A stretch of 58,092 nucleotides of DNA from Leptospirales bacterium (GCA_040326155.1 JBEQLE010000021.1:1-58092); one strand, 5' to 3'. Positions 8,649 to 19,018 are shown, numbered from the stretch's first letter. Numbers and translations: made by a program. The notes: a model not told the origin generated them from the sequence alone.

Positions 8649-9533
8649 TTAACCAGGGGTAAACAGGTGCTTCAGAATATCTTCTTTGGGCACAGCTTGA
8701 GATTTCATCTCTTCCTGACGTTGTTTCAACTGGTCGGTCAATGATGGACCGGAATTTTCATCTTTGTACAAGACACCAGTGTGAAGTTTTTCCCCGTAAT
8801 GGGTGGCAAGTTCGAAAGCCTTCATCTTGTCACTGGGGTCGTGACCCATCTCTTCGAGGTTTTCCATAATTGCTTTTTGCCCTTTGATCATGTCCTTGGC
8901 TTCACCATAGGTTACACAGGGTGATTGAATGTTAATAAAAGAAAAACCGGGAAAGCGAATTCCCTCTTCTATAATTTTCGTTAACCCTTTCATGTCAGCG
9001 GGAGTTCCCTGGGCTACAAACTTGGCACCGTAACTCAGTGTGTAAAGAAGGGGATTGACCGGTTCTTCCACACTTCCGTAACTGGAAGACACAGTTTTAA
9101 GTCCTTTGGGAGAAGTAGGCGACAGTTGCCCTTTGGTAAGACCATAGATGAAGTTATCCATCATTAAGTAGGTCATATCGGGGTTTTTTCGAATCGTATG
9201 GGGAACGTGCCCGCCACCGATTGAAAATCCGTCTCCGTCTCCACCGGCTACAACAACCATCAGTTCCGGATTAGCCACTTTCACGCCCAGGGCGATTGGT
9301 AGCGCTCGTCCGTGTATAGAGTTAAAGCCATACGAAGTTGCGTAACCTGGAATACGACTGGAACACCCAATGCCTGAAATAAAAGCCAACTCATGCGGAG
9401 GGCGTTGAATTTCGGCCAGAGCGCGATATAATGCGGTTAAAACTCCGAAGTCCCCACAACCGGGACACCAGATTGGCTTTAAATCGCTTTTGTAATCTTT
9501 TGGTTTGAATTCAGTTAGTTCTTCTGTACTCAT
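8649..9533 (-). CDS. 2-oxoacid:ferredoxin oxidoreductase beta subunit
   Basis: WCPGCGD, SGIGCSSR, TPP-binding GGDGDG and YGLTKGQLSPT motifs. Confidence 0.95.
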   Translation of the reverse strand: MSTEELTEFKPKDYKSDLKPIWCPGCGDFGVLTALYRALAEIQRPPHELAFISGIGCSSRIPGYATSYGFNSIHGRALPIALGVKVANPELMVVVAGGDGDGFSIGGGHVPHTIRKNPDMTYLMMDNFIYGLTKGQLSPTSPKGLKTVSSSYGSVEEPVNPLLYTLSYGAKFVAQGTPADMKGLTKIIEEGIRFPGFSFINIQSPCVTYGEAKDMIKGQKAIMENLEEMGHDPSDKMKAFELATHYGEKLHTGVLYKDENSGPSLTDQLKQRQEEMKSQAVPKEDILKHLFTPG

Positions 9534-9552
9534 ATTTAATTCCTTTAGTATC

Positions 9553-11298
9553 TCAGCTCATCGCTTTGATTTTTTCAAAGATTTCGGTCTCGCCAAATGG
9601 GTTAGAACCAGCTTTTGCAAAAGGTTTAACACCGTCGGGGATGTTCGTGTACATACGAATAATGTGGTACAACTGTCCCTGGTAGTTTTGTTCAACCACA
9701 AGACCTTTTTTGACCGATTTAAAAAAGTCCTGATACACTTTTTCAGCTACAGGGTATAAAAGTTTTGGAACCAAAAGTTTCACTTTTAATCCCGCTTCTT
9801 TAGCCATATCCAGCGCTTCCATAGCTACGCCGGCTACCGTACCCCAGCTGATTACACCAATTTCAGCGTCAGCGTCACCATAGATATCAAAGAAATCTTC
9901 TCGTTCTTTCAATGGATCTAGTTTCGCTGATCTTTTCTCCACCATCTTAGCGTGCATCTCACCGCTAGAAGTCGGAGCGCCACTTTCAGAGTGTTCAATA
10001 CCCCCAGCCAGGTAATTTCCTTTTTCCATACCGGGGTGGGTAATGGGGCTGATGTGGTTATCTGTGAATTTAAAACGGGTGTAATCTTCCAGTTGGGCTT
10101 CCGTAGGTTTTAACCTGTCGATAATTTTAAACTTGGAAGTATCAATTTCATCGATGGCTTCTTTACGTTGTGAAAGTTCCTGATCTGAAAGAATAATAAC
10201 AGGAGTCTGGTACTCTTCAGCAATATTAAAAGCATCCACCGTAATACCGAACATATCAGAAACATCCAGGGGCGCTAAAACAGGCCGAGGAGCGTCTCCA
10301 TGTGCGGAAAAAGCTGCTTGAAAAAGGTCCGCTTGCTCACTTTTAGTGGGAATACCTGTAGAAGGTCCTCCACGTTGAACATTTACAATGACCAGTGGTA
10401 ATTCTGCCATGGTAGCCAGTCCGATTACTTCTCCTTTTAAAGAGATTCCAGGACCAGAAGTTGCCGTTAATGACTTTTTACCGGCAAAAGAACCGCCAAG
10501 AGTCGCCGCTACACCAGCAATTTCATCTTCGCACTGAATCATAGAACCACCGTATTTCCAGATTTCTCTGTTTAGCAATTGCATAATCTCAGATGAGGGA
10601 GTAATGGGATACCCACCGAAAAATTCACATCCAGAAAATATGGCAGCCGCAGCGCAGATGTCATTTCCGTCCGTCAATAACTTCGTGGGAGCTCCTTCCG
10701 GAGGTGGGTCCATAACAAGGTGCTCAGCACTGATCGGGTTATCTTTTGCATACTGAATACCAGCTTCGAACGCTTTGATGTTTCCGTTCAGAACTTCTTC
10801 ACCTTTTTTTGTGAACTTTTTACGAATTCCTTTTAGAATTCCATCTTTTGCAATACCGAACCAGCCTGAAATCAGACCCATTACAATAGTGTTTTTAGCC
10901 CGGTTGGTTTTTGCATGCTCAATAGCCATCTCTTCGATGGGAATAGATAATACCTGAGCCGGTTTGGCATTTACTGGAATATCTTCGGGTTTTATTTCCG
11001 AATTGCTGTCATAAATGACAATCGTTTTATCGCTGATAGGAAGTTCAGCTCCAAACTTTAGAAAATCGTCCCAATTCAGGGCGACTGCTACATCAAGTCT
11101 TTCTCCAATGCTTCGTACCGGTTTACTCGCTACACGAATTTTAATCGACGATTCACCGCCACGAATTTGTGGACCAAAACTTTTCGTTAAAGTGGCATTG
11201 TAACCGTCAAGGGCTAGTGCCGTAATCAGGGATTCCCCTGTAGATACGACGCCGTCACCTCCGGCTCCTGCCATTCCAATAATTAAATCGCTACTCAT
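9553..11298 (-). CDS. 2-oxoacid:ferredoxin oxidoreductase alpha subunit (gamma-alpha fusion)
   Basis: GAGGDGV, IRGGES, GYPITPSS, ATSGPG and QRGGPSTGIPTK motifs. Confidence 0.95.
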   Translation of the reverse strand: MSSDLIIGMAGAGGDGVVSTGESLITALALDGYNATLTKSFGPQIRGGESSIKIRVASKPVRSIGERLDVAVALNWDDFLKFGAELPISDKTIVIYDSNSEIKPEDIPVNAKPAQVLSIPIEEMAIEHAKTNRAKNTIVMGLISGWFGIAKDGILKGIRKKFTKKGEEVLNGNIKAFEAGIQYAKDNPISAEHLVMDPPPEGAPTKLLTDGNDICAAAAIFSGCEFFGGYPITPSSEIMQLLNREIWKYGGSMIQCEDEIAGVAATLGGSFAGKKSLTATSGPGISLKGEVIGLATMAELPLVIVNVQRGGPSTGIPTKSEQADLFQAAFSAHGDAPRPVLAPLDVSDMFGITVDAFNIAEEYQTPVIILSDQELSQRKEAIDEIDTSKFKIIDRLKPTEAQLEDYTRFKFTDNHISPITHPGMEKGNYLAGGIEHSESGAPTSSGEMHAKMVEKRSAKLDPLKEREDFFDIYGDADAEIGVISWGTVAGVAMEALDMAKEAGLKVKLLVPKLLYPVAEKVYQDFFKSVKKGLVVEQNYQGQLYHIIRMYTNIPDGVKPFAKAGSNPFGETEIFEKIKAMS

Positions 11299-11575
11299 TG
11301 TTTAACCTCTGCTTTATTGTTCTCGTTTAACTTCGTTTGCTTTCAAACGTGTTCGTTAAGCGGCAATGAAAATAATACCGAAAGTTTTTCATTTCAATGT
11401 TATGCCAATATTAAAAAAAAGGAGGTACGTACAAGTTTTTTTCAGGATATTTAATCACGTAGAAACTATTGTAAAGAGGGAAATCATATATAAAGCAGCA
11501 CTTGAGCCCTGTTTTTTCATATTTTAGTAGTTTCAAGGGCAATGAAAAATAAAACCCTCTTTACAATATTAAGCG

Positions 11576-12268
11576 GTGGATAAGAGTGTAATGAATAATA
11601 TGAAATCTTTTAAATTAAACTTCGCGGCTTTTTTCGTTTTGCTGGTTTTTGTCTTTTCGGGTGTAGTCCATGCTCAACAGAAACAACAAAAACAAAGTAA
11701 AGAAGTTCGGGAATTTATAAAGAGAATTGACCGGATGCGAGAGGACCTGGCCGACGCTAAAACTGACGCAGCTAAAGACAAAATTATTAGAAAAGCCCGT
11801 AAGAATGTCTTGAGAATGCTCGACATAGAGGAAATTGCTCGATTGTCTTTGGGGAAATATTTTTTTAAGTTTTCACCAGATCAGAAAGAAGATTTTTTCA
11901 AATACTTTGAAGAATTAATGGCGCACCAGGTGGTGATGGCTCATGTACCTCCGGATAAAATATCTTCAAAGAATGCCGATATAGAAGTAATCGATGAGAA
12001 AAAAAGGCGAGATAAAGTTTTCAAAAAGAATGCCTATGTGGTTCGTACACGTTTTCCTCATAAAGAGGTATTCTATAATATCGATTTTTACCTGCATAAA
12101 AAAAAGAGGGAATTTAAATTGTATGACATTCATGTTGACGGGGCGTCTATACTTTTAGATTATAGAAAACAATTTTATTCGATTATTCAAAAGAAAGGCA
12201 GCGATTATTTAATTGATCGTATTAAAGACAAAGTTGACACTTTAAACTCAAACAAAACAATACTATAA
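11576..12268 (+). CDS. MlaC/Ttg2D-family periplasmic phospholipid-binding protein
   Basis: Signal peptide; ARLSLGKY and YDIHVDGASILLDYRKQF motifs. Start may be 11591 or 11600. Confidence 0.75.
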   Translation: MDKSVMNNMKSFKLNFAAFFVLLVFVFSGVVHAQQKQQKQSKEVREFIKRIDRMREDLADAKTDAAKDKIIRKARKNVLRMLDIEEIARLSLGKYFFKFSPDQKEDFFKYFEELMAHQVVMAHVPPDKISSKNADIEVIDEKKRRDKVFKKNAYVVRTRFPHKEVFYNIDFYLHKKKREFKLYDIHVDGASILLDYRKQFYSIIQKKGSDYLIDRIKDKVDTLNSNKTIL

Positions 12269-12275
12269 CGCTATT

Positions 12276-14183
12276 ATGCTACATCGATTTTTATATTTTT
12301 TAATATTTACGCTTGTGATTGGTTTTGCCCCGAAAATGGGTTTACTGGCTAAAGTCAAAAAACACCACAAGACGGAACTTGGCGAAAGGTCTTATGCAAA
12401 AGGTAATTACGATCAGGCTCTAAAATACTTTAAAGAAGCGATTGATAGCGGGGACAGTCGCGGTGAGGCATTTTACTACATTGGCAGTATTCTCGAGTTT
12501 CGAAGAAAATATGATGAGGCGTTGGCATACTATGAGGAAGCTAACAAAAGACCTCTGGAAAAAGATTTTAAAAAAGCGGCTCTCTGGAAACTGATATTAC
12601 TGCACAAGGCTAAGCAAAATTATCCCGAAATGCTGGAGTATATCGACCAAATGGAGGCTCGGGGAATAAATCATAAAAATTTTGAAGGCTTTCGAGAAGA
12701 AGCTGAAAAATTTATGACCCCGGAAAAGATAGAAGCGCGAGCGCTAATTAAAGAAGCCAATGAAGAAGTGTTTGTCTGGGAAAAAGAGAATTCTGGTAAA
12801 TCTTTTTGGAGTAAGACGAACTCGAATGCAGATACGGTTATAGGTAAATATAAAAGAGCTATACAACTAGATTCGGGGCTTTATAAATATAAATGGAAAA
12901 TTGCCGGTTTTCTGGAAAAAATGGAACGCTGGAGAGAGTGTTACAGAGTTTACAACGATATCTCTAAAACAGACAGTCGACCGATTGTATTTTATAAAAT
13001 GGGAGTTATGCTAAAAAGACTCAATGAGTATCGGCGCTCCGCAGTAATTTTTGAAAAATCATTATCTAAAGTCAAAGAAGACGATTCTCTTAACTTATAT
13101 CTTTATTTGAGTTTGTCACAAGTGTATTACCCGCTCGGTGAACATAAAAAAGGGTCCAAAGCGGCGACAAAAGCAAAAAAGTATTCAAAAAAAGTAACAA
13201 ACGGGACTCTCCCTTTTGCTGATTACATGAGATGCCTACACGAGATGTCTATCTATGAACAAGATACCAACAAAGAGAAGAGCGCTAAATATGTAACGGA
13301 AGTTTGTAATTCGGTTGTAAATAATACCCAGACAGGTAAAGTCAGCAAATGGCAAAAAGGTATGTTGCATTATCTGCGCGGGGCTTACACCCTCATCATC
13401 ACGAAAGAAGGAGAAGCTTCTGCAAATAATATTGATTCGTTTCATGAGTTTCAAATGGCGTTTCTTCCTCCCGACTTACAAAATTTAAAACAAAGTGTAT
13501 TGGTCAATTTAACCGACACCGATTTTCAATTGGAGGAAACCCCGAAATGGAGTCCGCTTCCGAATTGGCTGGAGGGTAAAGCCGTGGTTGTCTTTTTATA
13601 CTGGATACAAACTGAAAAATGGGCAGAGGCCTACACGCTCGTAAAACTTTATCCGAAAAGAATCGGTGATGATTATTTATACAGCAGAGCCATGGCCGAG
13701 TATAATTTAGAGCTTTATGCCCAGGTGATTGAAACTGCAGGTAGAATAAAGAATAAAGATTTCGAAATTGAGAAGATTTACTTGTTTGCGTTACTGGAAT
13801 TCCATAGTTTTGAAGATTTTCAAAGAGAATCTTTAGCGTATGCGGCAAAATCATCGGAAAAGGACAAGATGATCTCGGAATGGCTTCATGAAATTAAATC
13901 TTTGAGGAAAATTCCTCTGGGAAAACAGAACATGGCATTTATTAAAAAGTTTTTTCAAACATCGGTTAAAAAAGACGACGTAGAAGAAGACGTTGAAGAT
14001 AAAAAAGATATAATAGATAATAAAGATACAATAGAAGAAGAACCGAAAAAAAAGGAAATTCCAGAGTCAGGCGATGAAGTAAAACCGGTACCTGTTTCAG
14101 AGGATCGTTCAACTTCAACACCGGAAGTTACAAATACGAAAGATGACTCGTCTGTTCCCGAAAGTTCCGTTCCGGCTGAATAA
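12276..14183 (+). CDS. Exported tetratricopeptide-repeat protein with acidic tail
   Basis: Signal peptide; TPR-like helices (GNYDQALKYFKEAI, AFYYIGSI); D/E/K/P-rich C-terminus. Confidence 0.75.
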   Translation: MLHRFLYFLIFTLVIGFAPKMGLLAKVKKHHKTELGERSYAKGNYDQALKYFKEAIDSGDSRGEAFYYIGSILEFRRKYDEALAYYEEANKRPLEKDFKKAALWKLILLHKAKQNYPEMLEYIDQMEARGINHKNFEGFREEAEKFMTPEKIEARALIKEANEEVFVWEKENSGKSFWSKTNSNADTVIGKYKRAIQLDSGLYKYKWKIAGFLEKMERWRECYRVYNDISKTDSRPIVFYKMGVMLKRLNEYRRSAVIFEKSLSKVKEDDSLNLYLYLSLSQVYYPLGEHKKGSKAATKAKKYSKKVTNGTLPFADYMRCLHEMSIYEQDTNKEKSAKYVTEVCNSVVNNTQTGKVSKWQKGMLHYLRGAYTLIITKEGEASANNIDSFHEFQMAFLPPDLQNLKQSVLVNLTDTDFQLEETPKWSPLPNWLEGKAVVVFLYWIQTEKWAEAYTLVKLYPKRIGDDYLYSRAMAEYNLELYAQVIETAGRIKNKDFEIEKIYLFALLEFHSFEDFQRESLAYAAKSSEKDKMISEWLHEIKSLRKIPLGKQNMAFIKKFFQTSVKKDDVEEDVEDKKDIIDNKDTIEEEPKKKEIPESGDEVKPVPVSEDRSTSTPEVTNTKDDSSVPESSVPAE

Positions 14184-15132
14184 CTAAATTTGCCTGTGGC
14201 TTGAATGTCAGGTCTATCGGTTTTTTACCATATTTACCGTCTTGAACATAAAGTGGAATAACGCAAAGTGGAAGCTGCTTTTGAAGATTTCGGAGCAGGG
14301 CGACTCCTGTAGCAACCTTCACCTCAAAATGTGACGTTCCTGATACCCGATCAAGTTGGTGTAAATAATACGGGGTTATGCCGTTTTGTACAAGAGAACA
14401 AAATAGGTTTTGTAGTGTCTTCTCGTTGTCGTTTACATTTTTTAACAATACGGACTGATTTTTCAGATACCACCCGGCTTGTTTTACCGCCAAAAATACA
14501 CGCCGACAGGCATCGGTAATTTCGGAGGGATGATTGATGTGGGTTACGAGAGTAAAACTTACAAGGGGAAATTCTCGGGGAAGTTTTTCCAGAATGTTCA
14601 ACCAATTGATATTTATTTTGTCGGGGGCCAGGCTCAGCATGCGGGTGTGTATACGTATCTTTTTAACCTGTGGAATTTGACAAAATTGGGAGATTTGCTG
14701 GTACAAGGTAATGGGTTTCAAAGTGAGAGGATCGCCCCCTGAAAAAATGACTTCGGCTATTTCAGGTTTTGTTTTTAAGTACTTTATAGCCTTCGCCGGG
14801 GCAATTTCGGGGTTCGCATTTATATTCTCGTTGTTGAACGAATCTCTATAAAAAGTTTTTCTTTTACGTGTGCAATATCGGCATAAAACGATACAGGTAT
14901 CGGTTGCCAGGTATAATAAACGGTCCTTATATTTGTGAATATAGTTTTGTTTGTTTGTGAAGGGCTCTTCAAAAAGGGGATCTACACAAAATCCTGCTTT
15001 ATGCGAGTTCTCTTTTGTTGATGGTCGAAACTGCCTGTAGAGCGGAAGTGACTCTTTTAAAGGCAGAGAGTCTATATAATTTTTAAAAAATTTGGGTAGG
15101 GAGGCTTTCGAGGGACTTTTCTGGGTGTCCAT
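14128..15132 (-). CDS. KamA/EpmB-family radical SAM aminomutase
   Basis: HKYKDR, CIVLCRYCTR (CxxxCxxC), SGGDPL, HINHPSEI, NQSVLL and PYYLHQLDRVSGTSHF motifs. Confidence 0.9.
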   Translation of the reverse strand: MDTQKSPSKASLPKFFKNYIDSLPLKESLPLYRQFRPSTKENSHKAGFCVDPLFEEPFTNKQNYIHKYKDRLLYLATDTCIVLCRYCTRKRKTFYRDSFNNENINANPEIAPAKAIKYLKTKPEIAEVIFSGGDPLTLKPITLYQQISQFCQIPQVKKIRIHTRMLSLAPDKININWLNILEKLPREFPLVSFTLVTHINHPSEITDACRRVFLAVKQAGWYLKNQSVLLKNVNDNEKTLQNLFCSLVQNGITPYYLHQLDRVSGTSHFEVKVATGVALLRNLQKQLPLCVIPLYVQDGKYGKKPIDLTFKPQANLVIQPERNFREQTSHLSYL

Positions 15133-15137
15133 GTGGT

Positions 15138-15704
15138 TTAAAAAAGGTATATTCCAACCATGTTGGCGATCGAAAAACTTCCCCAGACGCGACTGTCTTG
15201 AATATTCTGGCGGTTTTCGTTGATGCAGTAAAATTCTCCCTCGGGTAGTCTAATTGAAATATCTTGCATTCCCGGAAAATATATTTCGAGAGGATTCTTA
15301 ACGAATTGTTTTCCGAGGTTAAGGTCGATGGAAAGTTTTGAACTGTTTGCCTCAGGCCCGAAAACCTCCATCTTTTTATCTTTCATTTTTATTTTATCAC
15401 CTGGCAAGGCTACTACTTTGCAGAGGTGAAGAAGGTTGGACTGAGAGTTTTGAACAAGTACAATGTCTCCGGTGCTGAGTTTAGAGACGTTGGGGCGTAG
15501 AAAAAAACCATAACTTCTTTCTTTTATTCTATTTTCCATAGAGTCCGTTTTTATTTTTACAGGAAAAACAACAAACATTCGCAGCGGTACAAACAAGATG
15601 GATATAATGATCAGGGGGTATAATGCCGGTTTGATGTATTTTTTTAAAGTCTGCGTGGGGGCGTTTTTTTTATAACTTTCGGCCCGGTAAGTGTACTTTG
15701 CCAT
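15138..15704 (-). CDS. lepB: Signal peptidase I
   Basis: One TM helix; DSME (catalytic Ser), KVVALPGD (catalytic Lys), DSRVWG. Confidence 0.8.
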   Translation of the reverse strand: MAKYTYRAESYKKNAPTQTLKKYIKPALYPLIIISILFVPLRMFVVFPVKIKTDSMENRIKERSYGFFLRPNVSKLSTGDIVLVQNSQSNLLHLCKVVALPGDKIKMKDKKMEVFGPEANSSKLSIDLNLGKQFVKNPLEIYFPGMQDISIRLPEGEFYCINENRQNIQDSRVWGSFSIANMVGIYLF

Positions 15705-15802
15705 GCATTCATACCTGTAGAGAAAGGCTGCTCGTCAAGGAGTTTGTATATGGATAAAAATTAATATTGTCGCCACCTATTCGCTTTTAAATTATACCGG
15801 AT

Positions 15803-17632
15803 ATGATTATTCAAATTTTATCTGCTGTCTTTTTATTAGGGGTATGCATTTTCTTTCATGAATTAGGGCACTTTTTAGCGGGGAAGCTCGTAGGCGTTCA
15901 GCCGAGAATTTTCTCTATTGGGTATGGAAGGGCTTTATGGTTTAAACGAAAAGGAAAAACGATCTACCAGGTTACCGCTATTCCAATTGGGGGGTATGTA
16001 CAGTTTTACGGCGACGATATTACGAAAGATCACTCTAAAGCGAAAAAGGGTCACTTCTTTTCGGTTGGACCCTGGAAAAGAATTGTAATCGCTCTCGGTG
16101 GACCCGTGTTCTCCGTCCTGTTGGGGCTCGTTGTTATTTTTATTCTTTTTGCTTCGGGTTGGCAGCCTATTACAAACAAAATTAGTGTTTTAAAAGGAAT
16201 GAACGCCCCTGCGGAAGTTGCGGGTTTACAAGCGGGAGACAGGATTTTATCGGTGAACGGCCATAAAACCGAATCTTTTGAGGAGTTGAATTATTATATT
16301 GCGTATGCGGAGAATCCCGAACTTGACTTGGAAGTGGAAAGGGACGGCGTAGTTCAGCAGTTTCATATTAATGCTCAGGCCAATGAAGGAGAACCGCTTT
16401 TTATCGGGATACGCCCTGCTGGAAAAGAGTTTATGATGGTTCGCAAGAACGTGACTCTTGGTGGCCATGTTTTTCAAAAAGACGATAAGATTATTTCAGT
16501 TGATGGAGTCGAGGTGAGCAATACCGAAGAGTTGCGTACAATTCTGGATGCTAAGACTGGCTCTACCGTTAAGGTTGTACTAAAACGAAGTACGGGAAGT
16601 TTACTATCGCCAGGCGAAGAAGAAACGAAACAATATGATGTTCCGGTGAAAGCCGCTGAACCGCTTCTTATCGGGATAAGTCCTGCTGGAAAAGAGTTTA
16701 TGATGGTTCGCAAGAACGTGACTCTGGGTGGCCAGGTTTTTCAAAAAGACGATAAGATTATTTCAGTTGATGGAGTCGAGGTAAGCAATATCGAAGAGTT
16801 GCGTATAATTCTGGATGCTAAGATTGGCTCTATCGTTAAGGTTGTAATAAAACGAAGTACGGGAAGTTTACTATCGCCAGGCGAAGAAGAAACGAAACAA
16901 TATGATGTTCCGGTGAAAGCCGTTGAATTCGTTGAGTTTACAGAATTTACTGACCTTCAAACAGGAAAGACAGTTCCCGTGGTTTCTCTGGGATCCTGGG
17001 AGCAAAATGGCCCATATCAGCATATACGAATTCAAGGGCAAAGTTATAATTCATGGAAGGATTTTAAAGCGGCTTTGAACCGACAAAATAAAGAGGGTTC
17101 TACGCTGGAATTTAAAGTTAGAGCTGTACCGGTAAGAGCGAACTTCGCTTTTAAAACCCGGGGTATGCTGGGAATCTCCCTTTCCGGGTTGCTGGAACCT
17201 GATCGGGCAAACCTGCCGACCGATTTTGTATCGATTCTGGAGCGGACAGTTGCGTATCCAGTGTTTGTAGTAAAAAGTACTTTGCTGGGAATTTACAGGA
17301 TTTTTCAGGGTAGAATATCTTTTTCTAAAAATGTTTCCGGCCCGGTAAAAATTATGGCCATTGCGGCTGAATCCGTTAATATGGGTTGGTCAACGTACTG
17401 GTTTTTACTTGCCAATATTACCATTGTCCTGGGTGTAATGAATTTATTACCTATACCTGTTTTAGATGGGGGCCATATCATTCTCTACTTGATTGAGGCT
17501 GTGTATAAACCCCTTTCCCCAAAGGCGATTGGATTTGTGGTAAGAATGGGTATGGTATTTTTACTCACTCTGGGCGCGTACGTCATCTGGCTAGATTTAA
17601 GCGATCTGTTTAAACGATTTTTAGCCGGTTGA
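15803..17632 (+). CDS. rseP: RIP metalloprotease (site-2 protease) with duplicated PDZ unit
   Basis: HELGH and NLLPIPVLDGGH motifs; PDZ domains. Confidence 0.93.
   Translation: MIIQILSAVFLLGVCIFFHELGHFLAGKLVGVQPRIFSIGYGRALWFKRKGKTIYQVTAIPIGGYVQFYGDDITKDHSKAKKGHFFSVGPWKRIVIALGGPVFSVLLGLVVIFILFASGWQPITNKISVLKGMNAPAEVAGLQAGDRILSVNGHKTESFEELNYYIAYAENPELDLEVERDGVVQQFHINAQANEGEPLFIGIRPAGKEFMMVRKNVTLGGHVFQKDDKIISVDGVEVSNTEELRTILDAKTGSTVKVVLKRSTGSLLSPGEEETKQYDVPVKAAEPLLIGISPAGKEFMMVRKNVTLGGQVFQKDDKIISVDGVEVSNIEELRIILDAKIGSIVKVVIKRSTGSLLSPGEEETKQYDVPVKAVEFVEFTEFTDLQTGKTVPVVSLGSWEQNGPYQHIRIQGQSYNSWKDFKAALNRQNKEGSTLEFKVRAVPVRANFAFKTRGMLGISLSGLLEPDRANLPTDFVSILERTVAYPVFVVKSTLLGIYRIFQGRISFSKNVSGPVKIMAIAAESVNMGWSTYWFLLANITIVLGVMNLLPIPVLDGGHIILYLIEAVYKPLSPKAIGFVVRMGMVFLLTLGAYVIWLDLSDLFKRFLAG
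16391..16924 (+). repeat. In-frame tandem duplication, 2 x 267 bp (89 aa)
   Basis: 16391-16657 versus 16658-16924; 12 nucleotide differences by manual alignment. Confidence 0.97.
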
Positions 17633-17690
17633 GAGCGCGGTGATTTTTTATTGTGGAATTCCGGTAAAAAGTAATAGCGTCGGGGTTTAA

Positions 17691-17742
17691 GTAGGCCTTT
17701 ATAATAAAGGCCTACACTAAGGGGCAGACTTGCCCCTTTTTT
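17691..17742. terminator. Two hairpins between convergent rseP and gap
   Basis: GTAGGCCTTTAT-A-ATAAAGGCCTAC (17691-17715) and AAGGGGCA-GACT-TGCCCCTT-TTTT (17719-17742). Confidence 0.75.
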
Positions 17743-17773
17743 AATGGTGTGTTTGAATTTGCTTTGAGTAATC

Positions 17774-18778
17774 TTATTTCGCCATGTGAGCGATCATGTC
17801 GACGACTCGGCTGGAGTATCCCCACTCGTTGTCATACCAGGAGATGACTTTGATCATGGTTCCTTCCATTACGGCGGTGCTGAGACCGTCGACAATGGAG
17901 GAGAGCGGATTGCCCAGGTAGTCGCGCGAGACCAATGGTTCGTCTGAATAACCCAGGACGCCTTTCAGGGCACCTTCAGAGAGGGATTTAAATAAAGCGT
18001 TAACCTCGTCCACTGATGTGGATTTCTCGACTTCTACCGTCAGGTCTATAACCGATACGTCGGGTGTGGGAACCCGAATTGCCATTCCGTCGAGTTTTCC
18101 TTTTAGATCTGGTAATACAAGACCTACTGCTTTGGCGGCTCCTGTTGTGGTGGGTATCATGGAGACAGAGGCGGCGCGCGCTCGTCTGAGGTCTGGGTGC
18201 GGCAAATCGAGAATTTTTTGGTCGTTAGTATAGCTGTGGATGGTAGTCATTAATCCTTTTTTGATTGTATATGCGTCGTGCAGGGCTTTGGCTACGGGCG
18301 CCAGGCAGTTTGTTGTACACGAGGCGTTGGATATGACGTTGTGTTTTGTTTTATCATATTTGTCGTCGTTTACACCGAGGCATACTGTTAAATCTTCGTT
18401 TTTTGCAGGAGCTGAGATTAATACTTTTTTTGCTCCCCCATGTTCGATATGGATTTTCGCCTTGTTGGCATCGGTAAATATTCCCGTGGACTCTACGACG
18501 ATGTCTATTCCCATCTTGCCCCATTCCAGGTCTTCGAGTTTCGGGGTGGCCGTAACGATTAGTTTTTTTCCGTCGACGATGATGTTATCGCCATCTGCCT
18601 TAACCGGTTTGTCGAAGGGGCCAAAAATAGAGTCGTATTTTAACAGGTGGGCCAGTGTTTTGCTGTCGGTAAGGTCGTTTACCGCCACAATTTCAATTTC
18701 GGGGTGAGACAGTGCTGCTTTATAGACATTGCGACCAATCCGTCCAAATCCGTTAATACCTACTCGAACTTTTTCCAT
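17774..18778 (-). CDS. gap: Glyceraldehyde-3-phosphate dehydrogenase, type I
   Basis: GINGFGRIGR, SNASCTTNCLAP and WYDNEWGYS motifs. Confidence 0.98.
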   Translation of the reverse strand: MEKVRVGINGFGRIGRNVYKAALSHPEIEIVAVNDLTDSKTLAHLLKYDSIFGPFDKPVKADGDNIIVDGKKLIVTATPKLEDLEWGKMGIDIVVESTGIFTDANKAKIHIEHGGAKKVLISAPAKNEDLTVCLGVNDDKYDKTKHNVISNASCTTNCLAPVAKALHDAYTIKKGLMTTIHSYTNDQKILDLPHPDLRRARAASVSMIPTTTGAAKAVGLVLPDLKGKLDGMAIRVPTPDVSVIDLTVEVEKSTSVDEVNALFKSLSEGALKGVLGYSDEPLVSRDYLGNPLSSIVDGLSTAVMEGTMIKVISWYDNEWGYSSRVVDMIAHMAK

Positions 18779-19001
18779 TTAAATGTACCTCTCTTTTATA
18801 CCGTTTTATACGGTCGTCCCAATAAATAATGATAACTCTTTTCGTAAACGAGTTTTCGTTTTGGAACGGTGCGGTGAACTGGAATTCCATGTTTATATTA
18901 CCACATTCACGACTTGTGATTTTCCGTAAAAGCATTTTATATGTAATATTGTCAAAATGCGCATAAAGTAAGCAATCCCTCTTTCGTAAATACGGTTAAG
19001 A

Positions 19002-19018
19002 TTGGCATATAATTTGCA
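19002..19018 (+). promoter_or_regulatory. Sigma54 (-24/-12) promoter
   Basis: TTGGCATATAATTTGCA; GG 19004-5 and GC 19016-17 with an exact 10-nt spacer. Confidence 0.8.

Noticed and set aside
16391..16924. Diversity-generating retroelement TR/VR pair
   Set aside because: Differences are not confined to adenines on either strand, both copies are in frame within one gene, and there is no RT nearby.
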